Source: an uncultured archaeon
GTDB lineage: Archaea > Asgardarchaeota > Lokiarchaeia > Sigyniarchaeales > SOKP01
DNA: 64,000 nucleotides
Assembly (NCBI GenBank): GCA_964486045.1
Contig: CAZALK010000015.1
Span: 32,001 to 96,000, forward strand
Direction: 5' to 3'
In this document: positions 1-10,392 of the stretch, piece by piece
How positions within the stretch are numbered: the stretch's first letter is position 1
How the letters are laid out: every line of letters starts with the position of its first letter
Notes under the pieces: generated by a model
Databases searched by the model: none
What the model was told of the DNA's origin: nothing
The model's input: the letters and a program-made list of their open reading frames with translations, nothing else
Position numbers and translations under genes: made by a program

Positions 1-2211
1 ATAAGAGAATATGCTGAAGAATTACTCGAAGGGCTAAATTCAGTTGAATGGCCTGAAAAAGTAAAAATAATGCAACGAAATTGGATTGGGAGATCTAAAG
101 GTACCATTATAAAATTCCCGATTGTGGACGACAATGAGACTATAGATATTTTTACAACAAGACCTGATACTCTTTATGGAGTTACATTTATGGTTTTTGC
201 TCCTGAACATCCATGGGTTCGTAAATGGGTAAATGGAACTGACTATAATAAAGATTTCAATAAATTATATAAAGAAGTAATGCATCAAGATAAATTTGAA
301 CGATCAGATATTGAAATAGAGAAAAAGGGTATGTTCATTGGGAAATATGCTATAAATCCAATAAATAGCGAGAAAATACCCATTTTTATTGGAAATTTCG
401 TTATTTATGAATATGGGGCAGGTGCCGTTATGGCTGTACCCGCTCATGACCAAAGAGATTTTGAGTTTGCTAAAGAATATGAAATTCCTATTAGAATAGT
501 CATTCAACCACATGACTACGAATTGAACATGGTCAAAATAACTCGAGCTTATGAGGGTGATGGAGTCCTCGTAAACTCCGATGAATTTAATGGGATGGAA
601 AATCGTTCTGCGATTAATAAAATTACTGAAAAATTGGTTGAAAAAAAAATGGGAAATGCTACAATTAATTATAAACTAAGAGATTGGGGGATTTCACGTC
701 AACGTTATTGGGGTTGCCCAATTCCCATTATCTATTGTGATGAATGTGGAATGATTCAAGTACCATATGCGGATTTACCAGTTTATTTACCAAAGGATGT
801 ATCTTTCACCGGGGAGGGTAATCCATTAGAGAGAAGCGAAGATTTTATTAATACCAAATGTCCTAAATGTGGTAAAAGCGCAAAACGTGAGAGTGATACC
901 ATGGATACTTTTATAGATAGCTCTTGGTACTTCTTCTCTTTTTGTGATCCACCTTCTGTTGAATCAGATGTCCCATATAACAAAGATATCGTAAATTATT
1001 GGGGTAATGTTGATCAATATATAGGTGGGATAGAACATGCAGTTATGCATTTAATATACGCAAGATTTTTTACAAAAGTTGCACGAGATCTGGGTCTTCA
1101 CAAATTTGATGAACCTTTTCAATCTCTTCTTACTCAAGGAATGATAAATAAACTTCACCCCTTTTGTCTTAATTGTAATGCCTTCTTAATGGAAACCGAA
1201 TTAGAACTGATGAAGTGTAAAAAATGCGGCAATGCAAACCTAATTGAAAAATCCGTTAAAATGAGCAAAAGCTACGGGAATACCGTGGATCCTAGTGATA
1301 TAATTGGCAAATATGGAGCAGATGCCGCAAGATTCTTTATACTATTCGGTGCTAGCCCTTCCTCGGGATTAGAATGGTCCGATGAGGGTGTTGACTACGC
1401 TTATAGGTTTATAAAGAATATTTTTACATTGTTAACAGAACCTTTAAAAAATGTGAGGAAATATTTAACAATTAGAGATACATTGATTAAGTATTATCTG
1501 AATAAGACCATAAAGGAATTTACTGAGAATATGCAGAATTTAGCAATAAGAAGTGCGGTTAATAATTTAATACAATTTACATCAGAACTTGGTAAGTATA
1601 AGGCAGAAGGTATAAAAGAAGAAATTTTCAAAGAATGTCGAGAAAATTTAATTGTTCTTCTTCATCCAATTGCTCCACATATGACGGAAGAAATTTGGGA
1701 GATCATTGGTAAGAAAGGATATTTAAGTTTAACTTCCTGGGTCGATTATAATAAAGACCTTTTAACAGAAGAATCAGATTTTAAGTGGAAATTAATGAAT
1801 ACCATATTAGATGATATTAATAATATAAAAACAGTAATGGGAGAAGAAAAAATAAAAAATATTTCAGTTATCATAGCAGATGAGTGGAAATTGAAGTTTT
1901 ATAGAAAAACTATGTCAATGTTAGAAGAAACTAAAAATAACGGGGAAATTATGAATAAATTGATGCAGTTTGATGATTTAAAGAAGCATAGTAAACAAAT
2001 AGGTAAAATCCTTAGCAGAATACTAAAAAATATTGGTAAATTTCCAAAATTTTCTTTATCTTCAGTTGAAGAATATGAATTTTTCGATGAGATTAAACCA
2101 ATTATTGAAATGAAGTATAGTTGTAAAGTAAAAGTAATTTTTGAGAAAGATTCTCTCGAACAAAAAGCATCTCAAGCTCTCCCAAGTAAACCTGCAATTG
2201 TCATTTTGTGA
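1..2211 (+). CDS. leuS: Leucine--tRNA ligase (5'-truncated by window edge)
   Basis: Frame is open from position 1 (IREYAEELL...WPEKVKIMQRNWIGRS). Motifs: FTTRPDTLYG, GAVMAVPAHDQRD (editing domain), DWGISRQRYWGCPIP, DTMDTF, YIGGIEHA, KMSKS. Confidence 0.97.
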   Translation: MREYAEELLEGLNSVEWPEKVKIMQRNWIGRSKGTIIKFPIVDDNETIDIFTTRPDTLYGVTFMVFAPEHPWVRKWVNGTDYNKDFNKLYKEVMHQDKFERSDIEIEKKGMFIGKYAINPINSEKIPIFIGNFVIYEYGAGAVMAVPAHDQRDFEFAKEYEIPIRIVIQPHDYELNMVKITRAYEGDGVLVNSDEFNGMENRSAINKITEKLVEKKMGNATINYKLRDWGISRQRYWGCPIPIIYCDECGMIQVPYADLPVYLPKDVSFTGEGNPLERSEDFINTKCPKCGKSAKRESDTMDTFIDSSWYFFSFCDPPSVESDVPYNKDIVNYWGNVDQYIGGIEHAVMHLIYARFFTKVARDLGLHKFDEPFQSLLTQGMINKLHPFCLNCNAFLMETELELMKCKKCGNANLIEKSVKMSKSYGNTVDPSDIIGKYGADAARFFILFGASPSSGLEWSDEGVDYAYRFIKNIFTLLTEPLKNVRKYLTIRDTLIKYYLNKTIKEFTENMQNLAIRSAVNNLIQFTSELGKYKAEGIKEEIFKECRENLIVLLHPIAPHMTEEIWEIIGKKGYLSLTSWVDYNKDLLTEESDFKWKLMNTILDDINNIKTVMGEEKIKNISVIIADEWKLKFYRKTMSMLEETKNNGEIMNKLMQFDDLKKHSKQIGKILSRILKNIGKFPKFSLSSVEEYEFFDEIKPIIEMKYSCKVKVIFEKDSLEQKASQALPSKPAIVIL

Positions 2212-2376
2212 TAGAATATTAAATAGTACCATCTTTATATTACTGATTTGGTGTGTTGGCAATAGTATTTTATTAACTTAAGATTAAATAAATTTTTTTT
2301 ATTCAGAAAACATATAATCTAATTATAAAAAGGATCTATTCAAACTCAAAGAAAAATACCAAGGATCATAATTTAA

Positions 2377-3246
2377 ATGACAATATATGAACTCAGTATC
2401 ATTTCAACTACTGGTTTCCCATATTTCAATAAATCTATCAAGCCTATACCTGAAGGGGTGAAAATTTTTCTTAGATTTTTTGATTTTTCTGAAGATAAAT
2501 CTATTATTCATGACCAATTAGATCCCGATTCAAAATTTGATCTCACAGCTGGTTTAATTTCCGCATTATTCGAATTTGCTCGAAATATTGATAAAAAAAT
2601 TGAAAGACTTGAATTTAAAGCCAAGAAATCGGTTGAAAAGAAAAAAAACCTTAAAGAAAAAATACAGTTTAAAGGAGACGTATTGGTTACAGCACAAACA
2701 GAGTCCTTTTTGCTTCATAAATCAGTGCGAGAAAAGATCAGACTGATCTATAATAATTTTATAAACGCTAAAATTCCTCTCGATGCTGCTGATTCAATTA
2801 TAGAGAATGAGGAAAATAAAATTGTGGATATTTTAACAGATACAAAAGCGAGACTAACAATTTCTGATCACCAAAGTGAAATCAAACATGCAGCAAATAA
2901 TTTTATGAATGAAATGAAAGATTATGGTCTTTGGGGAATTTGTATAACATCATTTGATCTCTCCCCTATTAGTATCTATGGTAATAAATATTCTCTTAAG
3001 GATGTGAATGAAATTTTAAGACATATAGGATATATCCCTGAAATAGATCCCTTTGAATGGATATACCGGCAATCTTTCTTTTCTGATGAACAAATTCAAG
3101 TTTGTTTTATCAAATCAGGGATAGGACCAACTGTTGAAGGTTCCTTATTTGAACCTTATTTTTATTTGCTTTTTGCAGACCCACAAAGTTATTTCGGAGA
3201 ATTTCCCGCTAAGTTAACTGCTGCGTTTAATAAAATTCTGGGTTAG
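2377..3246 (+). CDS. Hypothetical protein with longin-like N-terminal domain
   Basis: 289 aa. 'IYELSIISTTGFPYF' and 'LTAGLISALFEFARNIDKKIERLEF' match the pattern of Asgard longin-like domains. Fold assignment is an inference. Confidence 0.55.
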   Translation: MTIYELSIISTTGFPYFNKSIKPIPEGVKIFLRFFDFSEDKSIIHDQLDPDSKFDLTAGLISALFEFARNIDKKIERLEFKAKKSVEKKKNLKEKIQFKGDVLVTAQTESFLLHKSVREKIRLIYNNFINAKIPLDAADSIIENEENKIVDILTDTKARLTISDHQSEIKHAANNFMNEMKDYGLWGICITSFDLSPISIYGNKYSLKDVNEILRHIGYIPEIDPFEWIYRQSFFSDEQIQVCFIKSGIGPTVEGSLFEPYFYLLFADPQSYFGEFPAKLTAAFNKILG

Positions 3247-3275
3247 GAAGCCGAAGTATAAAAGAGGATATTAAT

Positions 3276-4097
3276 CTATTTATATATCTTATCAGCAGCC
3301 AAAATAATTTCAGCTAAGGAATTTGCTTGAAGAGAAGCTCCGCCAACTAAACCTCCATCAATATTTTCCTTACTAAACAAAATCTCAGCATTATTTGGTT
3401 TTACTGAACCTCCATATTGAATTCTGACTAAATCAGCTGTTTCCTGGTCATATTTTTGAGATATTAATTCACGTATAAATAGATGAATCTCTTCGGCTTG
3501 CTCAGGAGTAGCAGTTTTTCCAGTGCCTATTGCCCATATTGGTTCATAGGCAATTACAGTTTGAATCATCAGATCTTTAATAAGACCTTTAAACGTTTCA
3601 TTTATCTGGAATTTTATTATTTCTTTAGTTTTACCCTCTTCTCTTTCTTCTAAGTGTTCCCCTATACAGACAATGGGTTTTAAACCAACTGAAAAGGCTT
3701 TTTTTAGTTTTTTATTTATCAAAACATCTGATTCATTGAATATATCTCTTCTTTCGCTATGTCCAAGTATAACATATTCAACCCCAATTTCTTTTAAAAA
3801 TCTTGGTGATATTTCTCCTGTAAAAGCCCCCACCTCTTCATAGTACATATTTTGAGCTCCTAATCTAACTTTCGAATCTTTTAAAACTTCAAAAGCACTT
3901 ATTAATGATGTAAATGGAGGTGCAATCACAACATCGACGTTTTCTATATCCTTCATTAAAGGGACAAAATTCATTAACATCTTTTTACATTCGGTAGGGG
4001 TACCTCGATTCATTTTCCAATTTCCTCCAACTATTGGTTTTCTCAACTTATTAAACCTCAAAATATTTTTCAATTTCAATTTTTCGTTATAAATCAA
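3276..4097 (-). CDS. tpiA: Triosephosphate isomerase (bacterial/eukaryotic-type sequence; true start probably TTG at 4046)
   Basis: GGNWKMN, GAFTGEIS, ILGHSERR, AYEPIWAIGTG, YGGSVK, LVGGASL motifs. Confidence 0.97.
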   Translation of the reverse strand: MIYNEKLKLKNILRFNKLRKPIVGGNWKMNRGTPTECKKMLMNFVPLMKDIENVDVVIAPPFTSLISAFEVLKDSKVRLGAQNMYYEEVGAFTGEISPRFLKEIGVEYVILGHSERRDIFNESDVLINKKLKKAFSVGLKPIVCIGEHLEEREEGKTKEIIKFQINETFKGLIKDLMIQTVIAYEPIWAIGTGKTATPEQAEEIHLFIRELISQKYDQETADLVRIQYGGSVKPNNAEILFSKENIDGGLVGGASLQANSLAEIILAADKIYK

Positions 4098-4168
4098 TTA
4101 AGATTAAGAAACTATTAAATCCTCACGAAAACAATTAAAAAAATAAAATCAAAAAGAAGAGGTTAGGC

Positions 4169-4672
4169 TTATTCAGATTTAGGAAGTTTCCCAGGTAATT
4201 TAGTTGCTTCCAAAATCTTTTTTACTTCTTCAATATCAGGTGCAATTATCGGTGGCAAACCCAATTGTGTTCTCCTCCTTTCTATGGCAGGTTGCGATGG
4301 AATTGCTTTCCCATACTCTAACACCGCTGATGCTTGACCTGTATAATGAGTAGGGGCTTCACCTCTCTCTACACTCATATTTTTTAATATCGTAAAAATC
4401 TCTGTTAACTCAACTTTTTGCGGACAGACCTCATCACAGGTATCACATACAGTACATCCCCAAATATTAAAAGAATTTTCCGGTCCAAATATTTTCTCTT
4501 TAAGACCTAGTAAAGCATCTAAAATCAAACGTCTTGGGTTATATCTACCCTCAGTAACTTGCGCTACTGGACACGCTCCACTACATGTTGCACATTGATA
4601 ACAATATGCTAATGTACCTCCAATATCATTTCCAAGAATTTGGTTTCTGAATTCAAAATCTATAGTTGCCAT
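4169..4672 (-). CDS. hdrC: Heterodisulfide reductase subunit C-like 2x[4Fe-4S] protein
   Basis: CYQCATCSGACP and IWGCTVCDTCDEVCPQ motifs, 'YNPRRLI', and a C-terminal 'RRTQLGLPP' typical of HdrC. Confidence 0.88.
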   Translation of the reverse strand: MATIDFEFRNQILGNDIGGTLAYCYQCATCSGACPVAQVTEGRYNPRRLILDALLGLKEKIFGPENSFNIWGCTVCDTCDEVCPQKVELTEIFTILKNMSVERGEAPTHYTGQASAVLEYGKAIPSQPAIERRRTQLGLPPIIAPDIEEVKKILEATKLPGKLPKSE

Positions 4673-4988
4673 TTGAGCTGATCTGTTTATCTTATTATTA
4701 TGTAGTATAACTCATTGTCGATTTTAAAATTAATTCTTTTAAAATTTAGTTTTAAACCGATTTATAAATAAATCTAAATTTGTTAAGAAAGAAAAATTTA
4801 ATAGTGTTTCATTTTAAATTACGAGAACCTAAAAATTTCTATACGAAATTTCTACTTAAGATTTATTACATTTTATAAAATTCCGCTGTTAAATCCTAAT
4901 TAAAATAAATAAAAGAAATTAAATATGTATTCTCACAATAGTATTACAAAAACAATACTAATACTATAACACAAAATTTTGATGTATC

Positions 4989-5345
4989 ATGACAAATATT
5001 AATGAACTAAAAGAATTTGGATTGGATATCCCTGACACTATGCAAGAAGGCAAGGTCATCTTAGATGTATATACCGAGTGGTGTGGCCCCTGTAAATTCG
5101 TTAGCCCAATTCTCGAAAAGTTGAAGGAAGAAGGATTAATTAAATTAATAAAGGAAGACCTAGATAAGAATAGGCGACTCGGTGAGCGTTTTGGAATTAC
5201 AGCAATACCAAGTTTTCTTTTCTACAAAAACGGGGAACTTCTAAACCATCCTATAGAAGTTCAAGGCCAGGTCTTGGTGAAGAATGGGCTTATGGTGGGT
5301 GCTAGTGGGGAACCCGTTTTAAGGCAAATAATAGAGAAAATGTAG
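4989..5345 (+). CDS. Thioredoxin
   Basis: WCGPC active site; FGITAIPSFLFYKNG (cis-Pro loop). Confidence 0.92.
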   Translation: MTNINELKEFGLDIPDTMQEGKVILDVYTEWCGPCKFVSPILEKLKEEGLIKLIKEDLDKNRRLGERFGITAIPSFLFYKNGELLNHPIEVQGQVLVKNGLMVGASGEPVLRQIIEKM

Positions 5346-5462
5346 TCTTTGTTAAGAATATTATATTTTTTTCATTAAATTTTTATTAATGCCATAGATA
5401 TTACTACATTTTATGGATCCATTATAAATTTCTAATTTTATAATTTATGAATTAATATCATC

Positions 5463-8237
5463 TCAATCATACTGAAATGCTAAATCCTTTATGTAATTCA
5501 GCAAAAAAAGTTGATTTTTTGATCTTAGGAAACCTTCAAGTTCAATTTGAGAGAAATTGAATGATATCTTTATTGTTGAAAGTGCCTTCAAAGCAAGCTT
5601 TTTTAATTTATTTAAATTTTTTTTTTTATACATTGCAGATTTTGCTAACTTTATACTTCTCAAGATTTTTCTGATTAAATTTGAACTAAATCCAAAAAAA
5701 TCTAAAAATGTTTCAGTGTCTATAACTTGGACATTTGACCTAAATGGAATTGCGAGTGGTGTTGGTAAAGGTCCTTTTGCTGTTAAAGAAACGATAAATA
5801 AAAACTTATTCGAACTTTGATAACTTCTAAAACACTTGGCTCTAATATCACTTAAAGAACTACCGAAATGGTAATCAATTGTTATCATTTTAGTATTTTG
5901 GTGGATTTCTGCAAATACTGAAGCTAACTTCGATAATTCCTGAAAATTATCGTTGACCATAATTGCATTATCACATTTTCTTAAGGAATATCGCTCGGAC
6001 TGCTTGCTTGGAGAGATCTCATAAAATGAATCACCCCCAATCAATCGAGTATTCTTTAGAAATAAGTATTCAAGAATCCAATGGAGATATGTACCGATTC
6101 TAGATAGAATTCGAGTTTCAGTTGCTTGAAGACCCCCAGCATTAATTATTTCTTCATAAAAAATATCTCGGTTCAAATACGCATTAATAAAATTACTATG
6201 TCCATTCCGTTCTAGTTGTCCTGTGGTAGGAGCATGACCTTCAGGTATTTTTCTTTTTATCTGCAGATTGGGAATGATCTTCTCGGTTAGGAATTTTGAA
6301 AATGCTTTAATTTGATTTTCACGAGTCTGTTTTTCATTATTATCATCATAATCAATGAAGCGCCATACATTAGGATCATAATTAATATCGATCCCAGAAT
6401 AAATTAACAATTTATTATAAGTAATTTTATACTTTCCTTTAAGTAAAAAATTTAAAAAACCTTTATATCCCCCATCTTCTAGTTGGGATTGTTTTGGAAC
6501 TTCATTTTTTGCAATAATTCCTTTTCCAACTAAATTTGGAATAATAGTTTTTATTAAGTAATTAGATGCAGTAAGTAGTGATTGTTCTCTATCAAATGGA
6601 TTCCCTTCTTCGTCCTTTCTCAAAAAATCAAATTTTTTATTATCATGGCGTAGATTAAAGCCAAGAGCTTTTAAAACGGCATTATAAGGAATATATCTTG
6701 ACTCTATTGCACTTAAAAAATTCACATGCCCATTACTTCTCAAATCTTTATATTTCGGAATTTGTCCAGATTTAAGTATCCTCTTTTCGATTAGATCTGG
6801 TATGATAATGTCTTTTAGATAATTAATAATCTTATTTATACGTTCACTTCGAGACAAAATTTGTCCACTTGGACCAAAATCAAGAAAAATCCATTTTTTT
6901 GGATCAAGATTTAGTTTAAATCCTCCCTCTCTTAATAGCTCATTGTAAGTTACCTTTGGATTTTTTGCTATTAGAATAGCCATAAAACCACCGTAAGAAT
7001 TTTTCTCTAAATGATACTGTTTTGGGGTTTCATTTTTTTTAATAATTCCTTGATCTACTAAGTCAGGGATAATCACCTTTTGTAAATATTCTAAGGCTTT
7101 TTCAATTTTTTTTTCGAAGGATATATGATTTCCAAATTCATCCTTTCTTAAGAATTTCCATCTGTCAAAATCCATTGAAGGTTTTAACCCCATCTGCTTT
7201 ATTAAGGTTGTATACCTTATTTTTCTGTTTCGAAGTGCTTTATAAAATGCTTTAAAACCATTTTTCTCCAAATCTATTCCCATGGGGGGATCAGCTTCTT
7301 TAATAACTCTTTTTCTAACTAAATCTGGGATTATCACTTCTTTGATAAATTGAACTATCAACTCAGGATGATGATTCATCCATTCCCAACGAGATTTTAA
7401 TTCTTCATAAATAATGTTCTTATTTCTAAGAAATTCTTTCTCAATTTTTATGATATTATTATTTCTAGAATTTTCTTTTAATTTCAATTGGTTTTCGTTC
7501 AAGTTATAATCAAATTCGTCTGATATGAGATCTTGTGAAATTCTAAAATTTTCAATGTTAAAATTTCTCAGATCTTTGAGTATGGTTTGTTCAAACTTTG
7601 GAAGGCTCTCCGGTTCATCATTATAAGACACAAGCTCATAAACCATATTTATTAACCATCGTAGGAAAATCTTAAAATTATTCCTAAAGCGCGTGCTTCT
7701 TTTTATTTTCGACTGGAATCTCCTGAGGTGGTTTTCAAACACCTTTCGGGGGATTTTATGTAGATTAGTCAAGAAAGCATCATTTATTTTCATATTCATG
7801 GTAGGTTCTAAATTGTCTTCAATTTGGCTTATAAGAGTTTCAGAGAGTTCAATTTGGTCTGCCTTCAGCTGTGAAATATCTACTAAATCTCTGAGTGAAT
7901 CAAAAATTATGCGACAAATGACAATATTAAAGTTTTCTTTAAAAATTAGGGGGAAATCAGAGTCGCCAAGCATTTTATCGATAGGATCCTTTTCAATTCT
8001 CACTTTTTCATAAATTCGGCTTACCCTAGATTTCTTTTTATTCTTTCTTTTAGAGTTTGAATCGACTTTAGCTTTAATTTGGCTCTTATTTATATTATTT
8101 ATTGGATAATCATTGGAATTAAAGATTTCAGTTCCGCAATTTTCACAGAATACAGAATCGCTATTTTCAGCAATGTTTTGAGGGAAATCAGCTGGAAATT
8201 TCCACCCACAATAATTACAATTCTTATTTTCTAGCAT
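5463..8237 (-). CDS. Large hypothetical protein: N-terminal Zn ribbon, five ~88-aa helical repeats, possible C-terminal PD-(D/E)xK-like domain
   Basis: CNYCG...CENCG at the N-terminus; five IIP(D/N)L-containing repeats; C-terminal 'GTYLHWILE...YEI...CDNAI...TIDY'. Confidence 0.6.
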   Translation of the reverse strand: MLENKNCNYCGWKFPADFPQNIAENSDSVFCENCGTEIFNSNDYPINNINKSQIKAKVDSNSKRKNKKKSRVSRIYEKVRIEKDPIDKMLGDSDFPLIFKENFNIVICRIIFDSLRDLVDISQLKADQIELSETLISQIEDNLEPTMNMKINDAFLTNLHKIPRKVFENHLRRFQSKIKRSTRFRNNFKIFLRWLINMVYELVSYNDEPESLPKFEQTILKDLRNFNIENFRISQDLISDEFDYNLNENQLKLKENSRNNNIIKIEKEFLRNKNIIYEELKSRWEWMNHHPELIVQFIKEVIIPDLVRKRVIKEADPPMGIDLEKNGFKAFYKALRNRKIRYTTLIKQMGLKPSMDFDRWKFLRKDEFGNHISFEKKIEKALEYLQKVIIPDLVDQGIIKKNETPKQYHLEKNSYGGFMAILIAKNPKVTYNELLREGGFKLNLDPKKWIFLDFGPSGQILSRSERINKIINYLKDIIIPDLIEKRILKSGQIPKYKDLRSNGHVNFLSAIESRYIPYNAVLKALGFNLRHDNKKFDFLRKDEEGNPFDREQSLLTASNYLIKTIIPNLVGKGIIAKNEVPKQSQLEDGGYKGFLNFLLKGKYKITYNKLLIYSGIDINYDPNVWRFIDYDDNNEKQTRENQIKAFSKFLTEKIIPNLQIKRKIPEGHAPTTGQLERNGHSNFINAYLNRDIFYEEIINAGGLQATETRILSRIGTYLHWILEYLFLKNTRLIGGDSFYEISPSKQSERYSLRKCDNAIMVNDNFQELSKLASVFAEIHQNTKMITIDYHFGSSLSDIRAKCFRSYQSSNKFLFIVSLTAKGPLPTPLAIPFRSNVQVIDTETFLDFFGFSSNLIRKILRSIKLAKSAMYKKKNLNKLKKLALKALSTIKISFNFSQIELEGFLRSKNQLFLLNYIKDLAFQYD

Positions 8238-8303
8238 TGACTTTTAGACTAATCCAAGATATATAAACAAAAAAAAAAAACCAATTTCGAGTAAAACATA
8301 GCT

Positions 8304-10295
8304 TTATCTTTTCAAACGATTTTTAACTTGGTAAATCAATATCACACCTAAAATACCAATCAAAATCCATAATCCAAACACTATAAAGTTATTTAAGATT
8401 TCTGAGTTTCCCTCGGCGTTATTATCGTCATCGTTATTAATAGAATTTCTACTGTACTTAAAAATATAAAGAGTGGTCCATGGTGCGGTATTTCCGGCAT
8501 TATCTTTAGTGCTGATCCTTAAGTAATACCTGCCTGAAGTAACTGCTGGAGGATTATAAATTCTGTTTGTAGTAAAAGAATTGGACGTTCCATTAGGGTT
8601 CAATCCCCAGTAATAATAATAACCCGCAACACCGGTATCGGAATCCACTCCGTCACTCCAAATGAAGAAGGGGTCATCTACATCTCCTTGCCATACATCA
8701 CTTTCGGTTGATTCTGCCAATTGATCGACGGTGAGTGGATTTGTTGGTGCGGTGCCATCATACTTGAACACATAGAGCGTAGTCCATGAAGCGTTATTTC
8801 CTATGTTGTCTTTTGCTTTTACGCGCAAATAATAGGTCCCAGTATTCACGGGTGAAGGTTCAAAATTAGAGACCGTGGTAAAAGAAGAGGATGTTCCATT
8901 TGGTTCGATTCCCCAGTAATAGTAATACCCTGCAACACCCGTGGTGCCATCAAAACCACTACTCCAGCTAAAGGAAGGAGCATTTACTGAATTTTGCCAT
9001 TCCTTACTTATCGTGGAACCAATTAATTGATCACAGGCTATGGGGTTGATAGGAATGTCAGCGTCCACCTTTAGTTTGTAGTCCCAAATAAATTTCCAAT
9101 TGTTATTTTCATTAAATTCATCAATATTGTCATTTGCATCTATAATCCAGCCAACATAGTATTCTCCACTAGGAATAGTGTTAGGCAAAGTCCCAATCCA
9201 ATGTGAATCAGTTGAAACAGTAGGAGAAAGTGAAGAAAGTACATCGGTCCCAATTAAATAATCATCGGTGGAAAAGGTCGTATCTGGTGAGGCGTAGTAT
9301 GATACTGTGAAGGTGTTCGGCGTATTTGTCCCAATATTGCGAACTTTACTCCATACTTCAAAATTAGTTAATCCTGCACCTCCTAATGTTGGTGTGAAAC
9401 CAGCAAAGATATTGCTTTGGGACGTTAAATCTGGCTTATTAGTTGAGCTTGCATCTGCTGTAAGCCAATTCTTAATGCAATCAAATTTGTTTCGATTTAT
9501 CCGTGGTCCATAATTAATATCTAAATCCAGCCTACTATAAGCAACAATAGAGAGAATATAACCGTAAACTCCATCATAAATCCAAACAGGGCTCCCACTT
9601 TGTCCTCCCTCAATATCTAGAAAATACCAATGAATGTATTCACTAGCTAAATCTCCGTTATCATAGTTCCAATACATATTTTCGCCATAATCTAAATCTG
9701 CTGGATAACCTGCAGTATTTAATATCCCAGTATAAGTTGGACTCGAAGGTAGCGTAGTATAGAGCTCCATCCAACCTGTTTGTAAACCAATGTCTCTATC
9801 TAATGTTATAACGGCAAAATCATGTTCCTGTTCTGCATTATTTATCCAATTGGAATAGCTTCGTATATTAATAGCCCATGCATGACCAAATGGTTCATTT
9901 CCATTATCGGCTCCAGGTATTACTTTGACATTGTCAGCCCATCCTCCTCTAGAATGTGAATATACACAATGTCCAGCAGTTAGCACATGATTTTTATCTA
10001 TCATAACACCTGAACCAATATAGATATCTGTCCCCCAGGTCATTGATAGTTTAACAATCGCACTCCAAGGATATGAATTTGTAGCTGTTACTCTTATTCG
10101 ATTATCTTCACCAATAACATTACTACTTAAAAGTCGAGTTTGTTTAGGTTCAACATTTTTATAATTATAAATCCTCCTACCATTGATTAGTGAGGTAGTG
10201 AACATAAGAATCAGAACAAGTGAAAAAACGATCCCCTTCTTACTATGACCTCGCTTTTCCCTTCTTATAATAATGTAATAACCTTTAGCATTCAA
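8304..10295 (-). CDS. Membrane-anchored trypsin-like (glutamyl endopeptidase/V8-type) serine protease with CARDB and two FN3/Ig-like repeats
   Basis: VLTAGHCV (His), HDFAVITL (Asp), GGQSGSPV (Ser). CARDB-like 'VRNIG...IDANDNIDEFNENNN'. Two 'GVAGYYYYWG..PNGTS' repeats. N-terminal hydrophobic segment and C-terminal TM with basic tail. Confidence 0.88.
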   Translation of the reverse strand: MNAKGYYIIIRREKRGHSKKGIVFSLVLILMFTTSLINGRRIYNYKNVEPKQTRLLSSNVIGEDNRIRVTATNSYPWSAIVKLSMTWGTDIYIGSGVMIDKNHVLTAGHCVYSHSRGGWADNVKVIPGADNGNEPFGHAWAINIRSYSNWINNAEQEHDFAVITLDRDIGLQTGWMELYTTLPSSPTYTGILNTAGYPADLDYGENMYWNYDNGDLASEYIHWYFLDIEGGQSGSPVWIYDGVYGYILSIVAYSRLDLDINYGPRINRNKFDCIKNWLTADASSTNKPDLTSQSNIFAGFTPTLGGAGLTNFEVWSKVRNIGTNTPNTFTVSYYASPDTTFSTDDYLIGTDVLSSLSPTVSTDSHWIGTLPNTIPSGEYYVGWIIDANDNIDEFNENNNWKFIWDYKLKVDADIPINPIACDQLIGSTISKEWQNSVNAPSFSWSSGFDGTTGVAGYYYYWGIEPNGTSSSFTTVSNFEPSPVNTGTYYLRVKAKDNIGNNASWTTLYVFKYDGTAPTNPLTVDQLAESTESDVWQGDVDDPFFIWSDGVDSDTGVAGYYYYWGLNPNGTSNSFTTNRIYNPPAVTSGRYYLRISTKDNAGNTAPWTTLYIFKYSRNSINNDDDNNAEGNSEILNNFIVFGLWILIGILGVILIYQVKNRLKR

Positions 10296-10392
10296 ATTAA
10301 ACTATAAACAAATTTTACAAAGCTTACAGTTTTATCTAGGAAAAAGATTAAAAACTAACCAAAAAAATTAAAAAAAAGGAGGAATTAATTAT

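Noticed and set aside
4169-5345. Selenoprotein (UGA readthrough) in hdrC or thioredoxin
   Set aside because: Both have complete Cys motifs and end in TAA/TAG; no in-frame UGA is present.
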